A stretch of DNA of 56,284 nt, taken from assembly GCA_944372245.1 (NCBI GenBank), contig CALVYN010000003.1:1-56284 (forward strand), read 5' to 3'. Of this stretch, positions 35,659 through 44,533 are shown one piece after another. The stretch is from an uncultured Bacilli bacterium. GTDB taxonomy: Bacteria > Bacillota_I > Bacilli_A > RFN20 > CAG-288. The translations under genes were made by a program, and so were the position numbers. The notes below the pieces were generated by a model. That model was not told the origin of the DNA. It searched no databases and worked only from the letters and a program-made list of their open reading frames with translations. Position 1 is the first letter of the stretch, and every line of letters starts with the position of its first letter.

Positions 35659-35702
35659 ATTATCGCGCTAGGTCCGTAGGGACCTTGCGAGAGAGGTTTG
35701 CC

Positions 35703-35933
35703 ATGAAGGGTAAAGTTAAGATGTTCGATGCGAAGAAGGGCTACGGATTCATCCGCGCTGAGGATGGCTCCGATGTCTTCTTCCACTACTCCAGCCTCAT
35801 GATGGACGGCTTCAAGACCGCCACTCCTGGGGACGAGGTGGAGTTCGAGGTCAGCAACACCGAGAAGGGTCTGCGCGCTGCTAACGTGAAGATCACCCGT
35901 AAGGCTGTTGTCGACGACGAGCACCAGTTCTAA
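35703..35933 (+). CDS. Cold-shock protein (CspA family)
   Basis: RNP1 KGYGFI and RNP2 VFFHY. ATG at 35703 lies 6 nt after GAGG. Has a 10-aa C-terminal tail. Confidence 0.93.
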   Translation: MKGKVKMFDAKKGYGFIRAEDGSDVFFHYSSLMMDGFKTATPGDEVEFEVSNTEKGLRAANVKITRKAVVDDEHQF

Positions 35934-36001
35934 ATCTCGTTTAGAACCGCGTCGGACACTTGCATATAGGCACGCATCAACAGACGGGTCGATATGCGGG
36001 T

Positions 36002-36030
36002 GGGATGGGCTAGAACCCATCCCTTTTTTA
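36002..36030 (+). terminator. Rho-independent terminator after csp
   Basis: GGGATGGG-ctagaa-CCCATCCC followed by TTTTTT. Confidence 0.85.
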
Positions 36031-36100
36031 TTCCCGAGCGTGTTAGACTTATGCCCGCTGCATCACAACTCAATAGATTAAGGAAGAGGAATTACCGTAT

Positions 36101-37216
36101 ATGGGATTAACTGCCGGAATCGTGGGACTGCCGAATGTCGGCAAATCGACGCTCTTCAATGCCCTGACCAACTCGAATGTCCTCGCTGAGAACTACCCCT
36201 TCGCCACCATCAAGCCCAACACCGCCGTCGTCGAGATCAAGGATGCTCGCGTCGACCGCCTGGTCGAGATCTTCAAGCCGAAGTCGGTCGTCCGCGCCAC
36301 CTTCCAGTTCACCGACATCGCCGGTCTGGTCAAGGGCGCCTCGCAGGGTGAGGGTCTGGGCAACCAGTTCTTGGGCAACATCCGCAACACCGACGCCATC
36401 ATCGAGGTGGTCCGCTGCTTCGACAGCAAGGATATCGTCCACGTCAGCGGCACCGTCGATCCCCTCAGGGACATCAGCGACATCAACACCGAGCTGATCC
36501 TGGCCGACTTGCAGGTGGTCGAAGGCGCCCTGGGCAAGACCGCCAAGCGGGCCCAGATGAGCCGCGACAAGCAGCAGATCGCCACCGTCCACCTTCTCGA
36601 GCGGGTCAAGGCGGCTCTAGAGGCGGAGAAGTTCGCCTCCAGCGTGGAGATGACCAGCGATGAGGCGCGCATCCTCCACGACTACAACCTTCTGACCGCC
36701 AAGCCCATTATCTACGTCGGCAACGTCTCCGAGTCCGCCTACGCCGACCCGATGTCCGACAAGTACTTCCCTCTGGTCAAGCAGTTCGCCGAGGCTAACG
36801 GCACCATCGCTATCCCCGTCTGCGCTGAGACCGAGGCCCAGCTGGCGTCGGTCTCCCCCGAGGAGAGACGCGAGTACCTCGAGGCGCTGGGAACCAACCT
36901 CACCGGTCTGGACCGCATCGCCAGCGCGGCCTACAGCGTGCTGGGCTTGAGGACCTTCTTCACCGACGGACCCGACGAGGTCCGCGCCTGGACCTTCCAC
37001 GAGGGCGACCTGGCGCCCCGCTGCGCCGGCGTCATCCACTCCGATATGGAGCGCGGCTTCATCAAGGCCGAGGTCTACTCCTTCGCCGACCTGGACCAGT
37101 ACGGCAGCGAGGAGGCGCTCAAGGCCAAGGGCCTGATCCGGACCGAGGGCAAGGAGTACGCCGTCAAGGATGGCGACTGCCTCTTCATCAAGTTCAACGC
37201 CCCCAAGGGCAAGTAA
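36101..37216 (+). CDS. ychF: Ribosome-binding ATPase YchF
   Basis: GIVGLPNVGKSTLFNALT and a C-terminal TGS-like domain. Confidence 0.95.
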   Translation: MGLTAGIVGLPNVGKSTLFNALTNSNVLAENYPFATIKPNTAVVEIKDARVDRLVEIFKPKSVVRATFQFTDIAGLVKGASQGEGLGNQFLGNIRNTDAIIEVVRCFDSKDIVHVSGTVDPLRDISDINTELILADLQVVEGALGKTAKRAQMSRDKQQIATVHLLERVKAALEAEKFASSVEMTSDEARILHDYNLLTAKPIIYVGNVSESAYADPMSDKYFPLVKQFAEANGTIAIPVCAETEAQLASVSPEERREYLEALGTNLTGLDRIASAAYSVLGLRTFFTDGPDEVRAWTFHEGDLAPRCAGVIHSDMERGFIKAEVYSFADLDQYGSEEALKAKGLIRTEGKEYAVKDGDCLFIKFNAPKGK

Positions 37217-37227
37217 GGAGGAAAACG

Positions 37228-38856
37228 ATGGCTATCGCTGATCAGATCAAGGAATCGGTCGCCGCGGCCCTGCGCAAGCGGGGTCTGAACGTGACCGCGG
37301 CCGACGTCGCTCTGACCATTCCGCCCGTGAAGGAGCACGGCGACTTCTCCACCAACGCGGCGCTCAAGTCCGCCAAGCTGCTCAAGCTCAAACCCATGCA
37401 GCTGGCCCAGGAGCTGGTGCCCGAGCTCGAGAGCTCCGAGGTCGAGAGGGTCGAGGCGGTCGCCCCCGGCTTCCTCAACTTCTTCATGTCTCAGAGCGAT
37501 ATGGCTTCGGTCGTCAAGAAGGTCCTCGATGAGGGCTCCGACTTCGGCTCCAGCCCCGCCAACGGCATCAAGGTCGACCTGGAGTACGTCTCGGCCAACC
37601 CCACCGGCTATCTGCATCTGGGTCACGCCCGCGGCGCGGCGGTGGGCGACTCGCTGGCGCGAATCATGCGCAAGGCCGGCTACGACGTCACCCGCGAGTA
37701 CTACATCAACGATGCCGGCAACCAGATCGACCACATGGCCGAGTCCCTGATTGCCCGCTACCTCCAGCGGCTGGGCCACACCGAGGTCGAGGTGCCTGAG
37801 GATGGCTACCACGGCAAGGATATCGTCGACATCGCTGAGGAGCTCTATCAGGACTGCGGCCACGAGTTCGAGAATGACGCCCACGACCACCTCGAGTTCT
37901 TCCGCGTCTACGGCACCCGCAAGCTGCTGGCCAAGATCATCGACGACCTGAAGCGGTTCGGCGTCGAGTTCGACGTCTTCACCTCCGAGAAGGAGATCCG
38001 CCGCTCGGGCAAGGTCGATGCGGTGCTGCGCGCCCTCGATAGGTGCACCTACCAGGATGGAGGTGCCCTCTTCCTGCGCACCATCCACGACGGCGATGAC
38101 AAGGATCGCTGCATCGTCAAGTCCGATGGCTCCTACACCTACTTCCTGCCCGACATCGCCTACCATCACGACAAGTTCCAGCGCGGTTTCGACAAGCTGA
38201 TCGACGTGTTCGGCGCCGACCACGCCGGCTATGTCGCCCGTTTGAAGTCGGCCATGAAGTCTTTGGGCCACAACCCCAAGGACCTGCAGATCTGCTTGGT
38301 GCAGATCGTCCGCCTGTTCAAGGGCGGTGAGGAGTACCGCATGAGCAAGCGGACTGGCAACGCGGTCGCGATGAACGACCTGGTCGCCGAGGTCGGCGTC
38401 GACGCCGTGCGCTACTTCTTCGTCTCGCGCGCCGGCGAATCCCACCTCGACTTCGACCTGGACCTGGCTGAGTCCCTCTCTTCCTCCAACCCCGTCTACT
38501 ACGCTCAGTACACCCACGCCCGCCTGTGCTCCGCCCTGGAGAGAGGCCGGCACTATCGCAGTTCCAACTTCGATGGGAGCCTTTTGAATAGCGACTCCGA
38601 GCTGGCCATCATGAAGGCGATGCGGGACTACGGCTCCCGCGTCAAGGAGGCGGCCGACACCTACGAACCCTACAAGATCTGCCTCTTCGTGCAGAACTTC
38701 GCGGCCCTGGTCAACGAGTGGTACCAGAAGACTAGGATTATCAACCTCGACGACGAGGCGCTGACCGCGGCGCGCCTGGCTCTGGCCCAGGCCTGCCGCA
38801 CCATCCTGGCTGACGCCCTCAACCTGATCGGTGTCAGGGCGCCCGTCCGGATGTAG
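37228..38856 (+). CDS. argS: Arginine--tRNA ligase
   Basis: HIGH-type motif NPTGYLHLGHARG and KMSKS-type MSKRTG. Confidence 0.95.
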   Translation: MAIADQIKESVAAALRKRGLNVTAADVALTIPPVKEHGDFSTNAALKSAKLLKLKPMQLAQELVPELESSEVERVEAVAPGFLNFFMSQSDMASVVKKVLDEGSDFGSSPANGIKVDLEYVSANPTGYLHLGHARGAAVGDSLARIMRKAGYDVTREYYINDAGNQIDHMAESLIARYLQRLGHTEVEVPEDGYHGKDIVDIAEELYQDCGHEFENDAHDHLEFFRVYGTRKLLAKIIDDLKRFGVEFDVFTSEKEIRRSGKVDAVLRALDRCTYQDGGALFLRTIHDGDDKDRCIVKSDGSYTYFLPDIAYHHDKFQRGFDKLIDVFGADHAGYVARLKSAMKSLGHNPKDLQICLVQIVRLFKGGEEYRMSKRTGNAVAMNDLVAEVGVDAVRYFFVSRAGESHLDFDLDLAESLSSSNPVYYAQYTHARLCSALERGRHYRSSNFDGSLLNSDSELAIMKAMRDYGSRVKEAADTYEPYKICLFVQNFAALVNEWYQKTRIINLDDEALTAARLALAQACRTILADALNLIGVRAPVRM

Positions 38857-38923
38857 AATCTGTGGACGAACCATTGTATTAGTGATATAAAACATAGGCA
38901 TTTTTTGGCTTGGGAGGAGAGAT

Positions 38924-39337
38924 ATGGCACAGTCAATGATCGATACCGCCTACGAGATCATCGAGGAGGCGGGCAAGGCGATTCCCTTTAACAATCTGCT
39001 GGTGGCGGTCGGCAACGCGCTGGGAATCGACGATGAGGAGGAGCTCCTCAAACGGGCTGGTTCCTTCTACACCGACCTGACCCTCGACGGCCGACTCATC
39101 ATCTTGCCCAACAACTTCTGGGATCTGAAGAGCCGTCACGCTTCCTCCGACTATCACATCGACATGAACGAGGTCTACACCACCGAGGAGGGCGAGGACG
39201 ACGAGGGTGCGGCTGTCGAGCTCGGTCAGGAGACTGAAGAGGATAAGAAGAGCATCGAGACCAGCACCGACGACGATGACGACAGCGCCGATATTACCCG
39301 CCGCAAGCTGAACGAGGAGATCAACGGCGAGGATTAA
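38924..39337 (+). CDS. rpoE: RNA polymerase delta subunit
   Basis: FYTDLTLDGRLIIL..FWDLKSRH matches the B. subtilis RpoE N-domain. Acidic C-terminal tail. Confidence 0.88.
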   Translation: MAQSMIDTAYEIIEEAGKAIPFNNLLVAVGNALGIDDEEELLKRAGSFYTDLTLDGRLIILPNNFWDLKSRHASSDYHIDMNEVYTTEEGEDDEGAAVELGQETEEDKKSIETSTDDDDDSADITRRKLNEEINGED

Positions 39338-39358
39338 GCCGAGCCTATCCGGGTTGGT

Positions 39359-39385
39359 AAGGGGGAGTCAATCCCCCTTTTCCTT
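39359..39385 (+). terminator. Rho-independent terminator after rpoE
   Basis: AAGGGGGA-gtcaa-TCCCCCTT followed by a T-rich tract. Confidence 0.7.
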
Positions 39386-39478
39386 TGCTGAAAACACGGA
39401 AATTGTTAAGTTAGCAAATGCCTATTTAACTAGTTTCTTTCAGGTTAACTTTCTGATTGCTAAGTGTTGTTAAGCATT

Positions 39479-39507
39479 TTGCAAAGCCCCCTTATAACTG
39501 CTAAAAT
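39479..39507 (+). promoter_or_regulatory. Promoter for nrnA (TTGCAA-17-TAAAAT)
   Basis: TTGCAA at 39479-39484, exactly 17-nt spacer, TAAAAT at 39502-39507. Confidence 0.6.
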
Positions 39508-39542
39508 GGCTATACCACCAACAGGGTGGTAGGAGTTTATTT

Positions 39543-40496
39543 ATGATTAAAACAGCAAAGAAGCTCTTCGAGAAGATCGAAGAGTATCGAACCATATGTA
39601 TCTTCGGACACGTCCGTCCCGACGGGGACGCCTACGGGTCCGCCATGGGCCTGAAGCTGGCCCTGGACTTCCTCTTCCCCGACAAGACCATCTACGCGGT
39701 GGTCGACCCCCTCGACCTGGTGCCCGCCGGCCTGCCTCTGGCCAAGCGGCCCGGGACCATCCCCGAGGATGTGATCCGCAAGTCGCTCTGCATCACCGTC
39801 GACACCGCGACCATCGACCGCATCTGCGACCGGCGGGCCCTCGACGGCGAGTTCGTCATCAAGATCGACCACCATCCCCTCGTCGAGCACTTCGGCGACC
39901 TGGAGTTCGTCGACCCCGAGAAGATCTCCTGCTCGCTGATCATCGCCGCGATGCTCTTCTCGATACACCCGATGATCTCGCCCGCCGCGGCCGAGTGCCT
40001 GCTCTTGGGCCTGGTGACCGACTCCGGCGGCTTTCGCTTCACCGCCGACCCCGAGGCCTACGCCATGGCGGCGCGCCTGATCGCCAACGGCGCGGACATC
40101 CAGCAGATCTACGACAAGCTGAACACCGTGAGCCTGGACAGCCTCAAGCTCAAGGGCAAGCTGCTGAGCCAGATCAAGACGGCCGGCTGCCTGGCCTACG
40201 AGGTCTTCACCAAGGAGGACCTGGCCAAGATGGGCTACACCGCCGACCAGATCGCCCCGCGGGTCAACACCATCGGCAACACCGCCGAGTGCCCCGTCTG
40301 GGCCTTCTTCGCCCAGTATCCTAACGGCAAGTATCGGGCCGAGCTGCGCTGCGCCCGCAACTACCAGGTCGACGGCGTCGCCCTGGCCCTGGGTGGCGGC
40401 GGCCATAAGCAGGCCTCCGGCGCCGAGCTGGCGGACGAGGCGGCGGTCAGGAAGGCCATCCAGATGCTCGGAGCCCTTCAGCCCAGCGAAGCCTAA
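39543..40496 (+). CDS. nrnA: DHH/DHHA1 phosphoesterase (NrnA-type oligoribonuclease/pAp phosphatase)
   Basis: Motifs HVRPDGDAYGS, DHH (KIDHHP), GGGGHKQASG. Confidence 0.88.
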   Translation: MIKTAKKLFEKIEEYRTICIFGHVRPDGDAYGSAMGLKLALDFLFPDKTIYAVVDPLDLVPAGLPLAKRPGTIPEDVIRKSLCITVDTATIDRICDRRALDGEFVIKIDHHPLVEHFGDLEFVDPEKISCSLIIAAMLFSIHPMISPAAAECLLLGLVTDSGGFRFTADPEAYAMAARLIANGADIQQIYDKLNTVSLDSLKLKGKLLSQIKTAGCLAYEVFTKEDLAKMGYTADQIAPRVNTIGNTAECPVWAFFAQYPNGKYRAELRCARNYQVDGVALALGGGGHKQASGAELADEAAVRKAIQMLGALQPSEA

Positions 40497-40503
40497 GCAA
40501 AAT

Positions 40504-40537
40504 AAAGCCGACCCAAGCGGAGTGGGTCGGCTTTTTT
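40504..40537. terminator. Bidirectional terminator at the point where gene polarity switches
   Basis: GCCGACCCA-agcggag-TGGGTCGGC 9-bp stem flanked by AAA and TTTTTT. Confidence 0.8.
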
Positions 40538-40559
40538 CATCGGTTCAAATCTCCATTGG

Positions 40560-42449
40560 CTACATGGAGTTGAGCTTCTCGTAGAGGCTGTCGACCTCGG
40601 CCTGCTTGCTGTCGATCTCGCTCTGGAGCGCGGCCAGCTTGCTGGGGTCGGAATAGTATTCGGGCGTGTCGCAGCGGGCCTTGAGCTCGCTGATCTCACC
40701 CTCGCGCTTAGCGATCTTCTCCATCAGCTTCTCGACGGTGAACTCGGAGACGCGGCGCGGCTTCTCGACCTTGGGCTGGGCCTTCTCAGGCTTGCTCTCG
40801 CCCTGGGTGACCTTGGCCTTCTCCTCCTCGATGATCTTCTTCAGGTCGGTCTCCATGAAGTCGGTGAAGGAGCCCTCGTGGGCATAGGCCCTCCCGTCGT
40901 GGAAGTAGAGGAGGCGGTCGGCGCAGGCGTCGATGAAGTCGCGGTCGTGGGAGATCAGGATCAGGGTGCCCTGATACTCGCCTAGCGCATCCTCGAGCTC
41001 GCTCTTGGTGAAGAGGTCCAGGTGGTTGGTCGGCTCATCCAGGATCAGGATGTCGTAGTTCTCCAGGCAGAGCTTGGCCAGGATGATGCGCATCTGCTCG
41101 CCGCCGGAGAGGTTCTCCAGGGTCTTCTCCCGGTCGTCCTCATAGGAGAAGGCAAACTTGCCCAGATGGTCGTAGATCTTCTGGTCCTCCAAGAGGGGGA
41201 AGGAGTCCTTGAAGTAGTCGAAGAGGGTCCGAGGGTCCTGGATGCTCAGAAAATCCTGGCGCAGGTAGCCGATGTTTAGCATGGTCAGCTGCTCGATCGA
41301 GCCGGCTAGGGGCTTGATCTTGCCCAGGAGAGTCTTCACGAAGGTGGTCTTGCCCGCGCCGTTGGGCCCCATAATCGCGATGTGGTCGCGGCCGCGGATC
41401 TCGTAGTCGATGTGCTGGATCAGGGGCTTGTCCGCGTCGGGATAGCCGATGCTGACATCGGTTAGGCGGATCAGCTTCTTGTCCTCGCGGATGTCGCCAC
41501 GGAAGTCGATGTGGACCCGGTTGCGGGTGGCCTGGGGGCGGTCCAGGGCGGTGGCCTCGAGCCGGGCCAGCTTCTTCTCGCGGTCGTGGGCGCGGGAGGC
41601 GAAGCGGGGCTTGGGCATGTAGAAGGTGATGAAGCGGCGGATCTTCTGCATCTCGGTCTGCTGGCGGTTGTACTCCTTGAGGGCCAGCTCGTAGCGGTGC
41701 TGCTTCTCCAGGGCGTAGGCGTCGTAGTTGCCTCTGTAGAAGGAGAGTGTGCCGTTCTCCAGCTCGATGATCTTCTCGGCCAGGTTGTTGATGAAGGCCT
41801 TGTCGTGCGAGACGAAGAGGACCGCGCCCTGATAGGACTTGAGGTAGTCCTCCAGCCACTCGATGGTCACGATGTCCAGGTGGTTGGTCGGCTCGTCCAA
41901 CAGGAGCAGGTCGGGGTTGATCAAAAGGAGCTTAGCGAAGGCCATGCGCGTCTTCTCGCCGCCGGAGAAGGTGCTGATTCGACGCTGCCAGTCCTCCTGG
42001 TGGAAGCCGAACATGTTGAGGATCATCTTGATCCGATACTCGTAATCGTAGCCGCCCAGCTTGTCCAGCTCGGCCTGCTTGAGGGCGTAGTCGTTCTGGA
42101 GGCGCTTCTCCTCGGGGTGCTCCGCCATGCGGGCGCAGATGCGGCCGATCTCGTCGATCAGCTGGCGGTTGCGTTCAAAGACCGAGGAGGCCTCCTCGAA
42201 GAGGGTGTGGTCCTCGCTGGAGATGACGGCCTGGGAGAGGTAGCCGACCTTGACGCCGTGGCCGATGATCATCTGGCCCTGGTCGGGTTCCAGCTCGCCC
42301 GAGGCCATCTTGATGATGGTCGACTTGCCGGTGCCGTTTAGGCCGATCAAGGCGGTGCGATCGCCGGATTTGACCTCGAAGGTCAAGGGTTTAAACAGGG
42401 GTTTGCCATCGTAGTCCTTCACGATGTTCTGAGCTTGAAGCAGAATCAT
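40560..42449 (-). CDS. ABC-F family ATPase (two NBDs, no TM, C-terminal coiled coil)
   Basis: GLNGTGKST / FSGGEKTRM and GPNGAGKTT / LSGGEQMRI. Lys/Glu-rich C-terminal helix. Confidence 0.9.
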   Translation of the reverse strand: MILLQAQNIVKDYDGKPLFKPLTFEVKSGDRTALIGLNGTGKSTIIKMASGELEPDQGQMIIGHGVKVGYLSQAVISSEDHTLFEEASSVFERNRQLIDEIGRICARMAEHPEEKRLQNDYALKQAELDKLGGYDYEYRIKMILNMFGFHQEDWQRRISTFSGGEKTRMAFAKLLLINPDLLLLDEPTNHLDIVTIEWLEDYLKSYQGAVLFVSHDKAFINNLAEKIIELENGTLSFYRGNYDAYALEKQHRYELALKEYNRQQTEMQKIRRFITFYMPKPRFASRAHDREKKLARLEATALDRPQATRNRVHIDFRGDIREDKKLIRLTDVSIGYPDADKPLIQHIDYEIRGRDHIAIMGPNGAGKTTFVKTLLGKIKPLAGSIEQLTMLNIGYLRQDFLSIQDPRTLFDYFKDSFPLLEDQKIYDHLGKFAFSYEDDREKTLENLSGGEQMRIILAKLCLENYDILILDEPTNHLDLFTKSELEDALGEYQGTLILISHDRDFIDACADRLLYFHDGRAYAHEGSFTDFMETDLKKIIEEEKAKVTQGESKPEKAQPKVEKPRRVSEFTVEKLMEKIAKREGEISELKARCDTPEYYSDPSKLAALQSEIDSKQAEVDSLYEKLNSM

Positions 42450-42510
42450 TTTTCATCCTCTTGGCGGATAGTATGCCAGGTTAAAAATCTAATATTTAAA
42501 GTATGGATTG

Positions 42511-43827
42511 TCAGTTGTAGATCGTCTCGGCGATCAGCGGGGGAACCTCGGGTTTCTCGCCCCGGATGGTGAAGTCGGCGAGGACCTCGCGGCCGATGTC
42601 GGCGATGCCGGAGCGCTCCGAGTGGAGGACGGCTAAGACCTCGTCGCGGCGGACGCGGTCGCCGACCTTCTTCTTCAGGCTGATGCCGGCGGTGTGGTCG
42701 ATGGTATCGGTCGCCGTCTGCCGTCCCGCCCCCAGGCGCATGGCCTGGATGCCCAGGTCGTAGGTGTTCATCTCCGCCACGTAGCCGTCCGCGATCGACT
42801 TGACCTCGTAGCTGTAGCGGGCGGTGGGGAAGAGGGAGGTATCCTCGATGTAGCGGACGTCGCCGCCCTGGTTGCGGACCATGCTGACGAAGCTGCGGTA
42901 GGCATCTCCCGAGTCGATGGCCTGGCGCAGGCGCCTCTCAGCCACCTCCAGGGAGGGGGCGGCGTTAGCGAGCTTAAGAAGGATCGAACCGGAGTGGAGG
43001 CAGAGGTCTAAGAGGTCCTTGGGTCCCTTGCCCCGCAGGGTGTCGACCGCCTCGATGACCTCGTTGATGTTGCCGATCTCATAGCCCAGCGGCTGGTCCA
43101 TCGAGGTCAGCTCGGCGCAGGTGACTTTGCCGGCCTTGCGGCCGATGCTGATCATCGTGTGGGCCAGGTGGCGGGCATCCTGGATGGTCTTCATGAAGGC
43201 GCCCTGGCCGAACTTGACGTCCAGCAGCTGGATGTCCGAGCCGTCGGCCAGCTTCTTGCTCATGATCGAGGAGGCGATGAGCGGGATGGAGTCGACCGTG
43301 CAGGTGGCGTCGCGGAGGGCGTAGAGCTTCTTGTCGGCGGGAGCCAGTTCGGCCGACTGGCCGACGATGGCCAGGTTGATGCTGTTGACCTGGTCGATGA
43401 ACTCCTGCTCGCTCAGGGTCACCCTGAAGCCGGGGATCGACTCCAGCTTGTCCAGGGTGCCGCCGGTGTGGCCCAGGCCGCGGCCGGAGGCCTTGGGCAT
43501 CTTCAGGTTGACCGCGGCGATCATCGGGCCGAGGACCAGGCTGGTCTTGTCGCCCACGCCGCCGGTGGAGTGCTTGTCCAGCTTCAGACCGTTGACAGCG
43601 GACAGGTCCATCACCTTGCCCGAGTTGACCATCTCCTCGGTCAGGTAGAAGGTCTCGTTCTCGGTCATCCCCATGAAGCAGATGGCCATCAGGAGCGCCG
43701 AGGCCTGATAGTCGGGAATCTCCCCGCTGACATAGCCCCTGATGAAGTAGGCAATCTCCTCGCGGTTGAGGGCCTCACCCCGCTTCTTCTTGTCGATGAT
43801 GTCATACATTCTGAACTGTTCAGACAT
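42511..43827 (-). CDS. pdp: Pyrimidine-nucleoside (thymidine) phosphorylase
   Basis: Signature KHSTGGVGDKTSL, 438 aa. Confidence 0.93.
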   Translation of the reverse strand: MSEQFRMYDIIDKKKRGEALNREEIAYFIRGYVSGEIPDYQASALLMAICFMGMTENETFYLTEEMVNSGKVMDLSAVNGLKLDKHSTGGVGDKTSLVLGPMIAAVNLKMPKASGRGLGHTGGTLDKLESIPGFRVTLSEQEFIDQVNSINLAIVGQSAELAPADKKLYALRDATCTVDSIPLIASSIMSKKLADGSDIQLLDVKFGQGAFMKTIQDARHLAHTMISIGRKAGKVTCAELTSMDQPLGYEIGNINEVIEAVDTLRGKGPKDLLDLCLHSGSILLKLANAAPSLEVAERRLRQAIDSGDAYRSFVSMVRNQGGDVRYIEDTSLFPTARYSYEVKSIADGYVAEMNTYDLGIQAMRLGAGRQTATDTIDHTAGISLKKKVGDRVRRDEVLAVLHSERSGIADIGREVLADFTIRGEKPEVPPLIAETIYN

Positions 43828-43869
43828 AGCAACCTCCCGAGCCCAGCTGACGCGCCGAAACTACCCCTT

Positions 43870-43878
43870 ATTGTAGCA
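43870..43878 (-). promoter_or_regulatory. Extended -10 promoter (TGcTACAAT) for pdp
   Basis: The minus strand reads tttGCTACAAT, about 40 nt upstream of the pdp ATG. Confidence 0.45.
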
Positions 43879-43904
43879 AATGGGCAAGGCGACAATTTTT
43901 CCAC

Positions 43905-43932
43905 AAGAAAAGGACGAGCCGGAGCTCGTCCT
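43905..43932 (-). terminator. Rho-independent terminator after the orphan gene (minus strand)
   Basis: AGGACGAGC-tccg-GCTCGTCCT on the minus strand followed by TTTC/TT. Confidence 0.7.
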
Positions 43933-43950
43933 CATCAATGTGCTCTATCT

Positions 43951-44457
43951 CTAGTTGATCGACAGGGTCAGCCAGCGATCGTTGTTCGAGCCGTTGTCGT
44001 TGTCGTAGATGCGGACGAAGAGGGTGTGCACCCGGTTGTCGCCCACATACTTGAGCGAGGAGTCGGACTGGATGTAGACATAGGCCTGATCGCCGGACTC
44101 GGAGAGGACCACCAGCGCGTTCTCCGCCTGGAAGTAATCCCTGGCCTTGCCCACGAGGGTGAAGCCGTGGTTGGAATCCGCGGGAGTGGGGACGGGGTGA
44201 TGATTCCCGTGACGGAAGGAGATGGTGCCCTGCTCGATGACGCCGGTCCAGTAGTACTCCTTCACGCCGTAGATGCCGGAGATCTGGGACTTGAACTGGT
44301 GCTGAGGGTCGAAGCCGTTCGAGGGTCCGATGATGTAGAGATCCTCGTTGCCCTTCCACTCGGAAGCATCAGCGCTCGCGGGGACACTCGCGGTGTGGTT
44401 GGAGGTCTGGTCGTTAGCGACGGTGTTGGTCGTCTTGAAATCCTTTCTGTTTCTCAT
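43951..44457 (-). CDS. Hypothetical protein, no recognisable family
   Basis: GC3-rich codon usage like neighbouring genes. GGGAG SD lies 10 nt before the ATG at 44457 (an alternative ATG at 44466 is only 1 nt from the SD). Polar N-terminus, no signal peptide, beta-rich sequence. Confidence 0.65.
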   Translation of the reverse strand: MRNRKDFKTTNTVANDQTSNHTASVPASADASEWKGNEDLYIIGPSNGFDPQHQFKSQISGIYGVKEYYWTGVIEQGTISFRHGNHHPVPTPADSNHGFTLVGKARDYFQAENALVVLSESGDQAYVYIQSDSSLKYVGDNRVHTLFVRIYDNDNGSNNDRWLTLSIN

Positions 44458-44533
44458 ACTTTGCATGCTCCCTTGTGCGGTTAATAATATACACCGAAAA
44501 AGGCTAGTAAAGCCCTTGCAAAGGGGGTTATCG

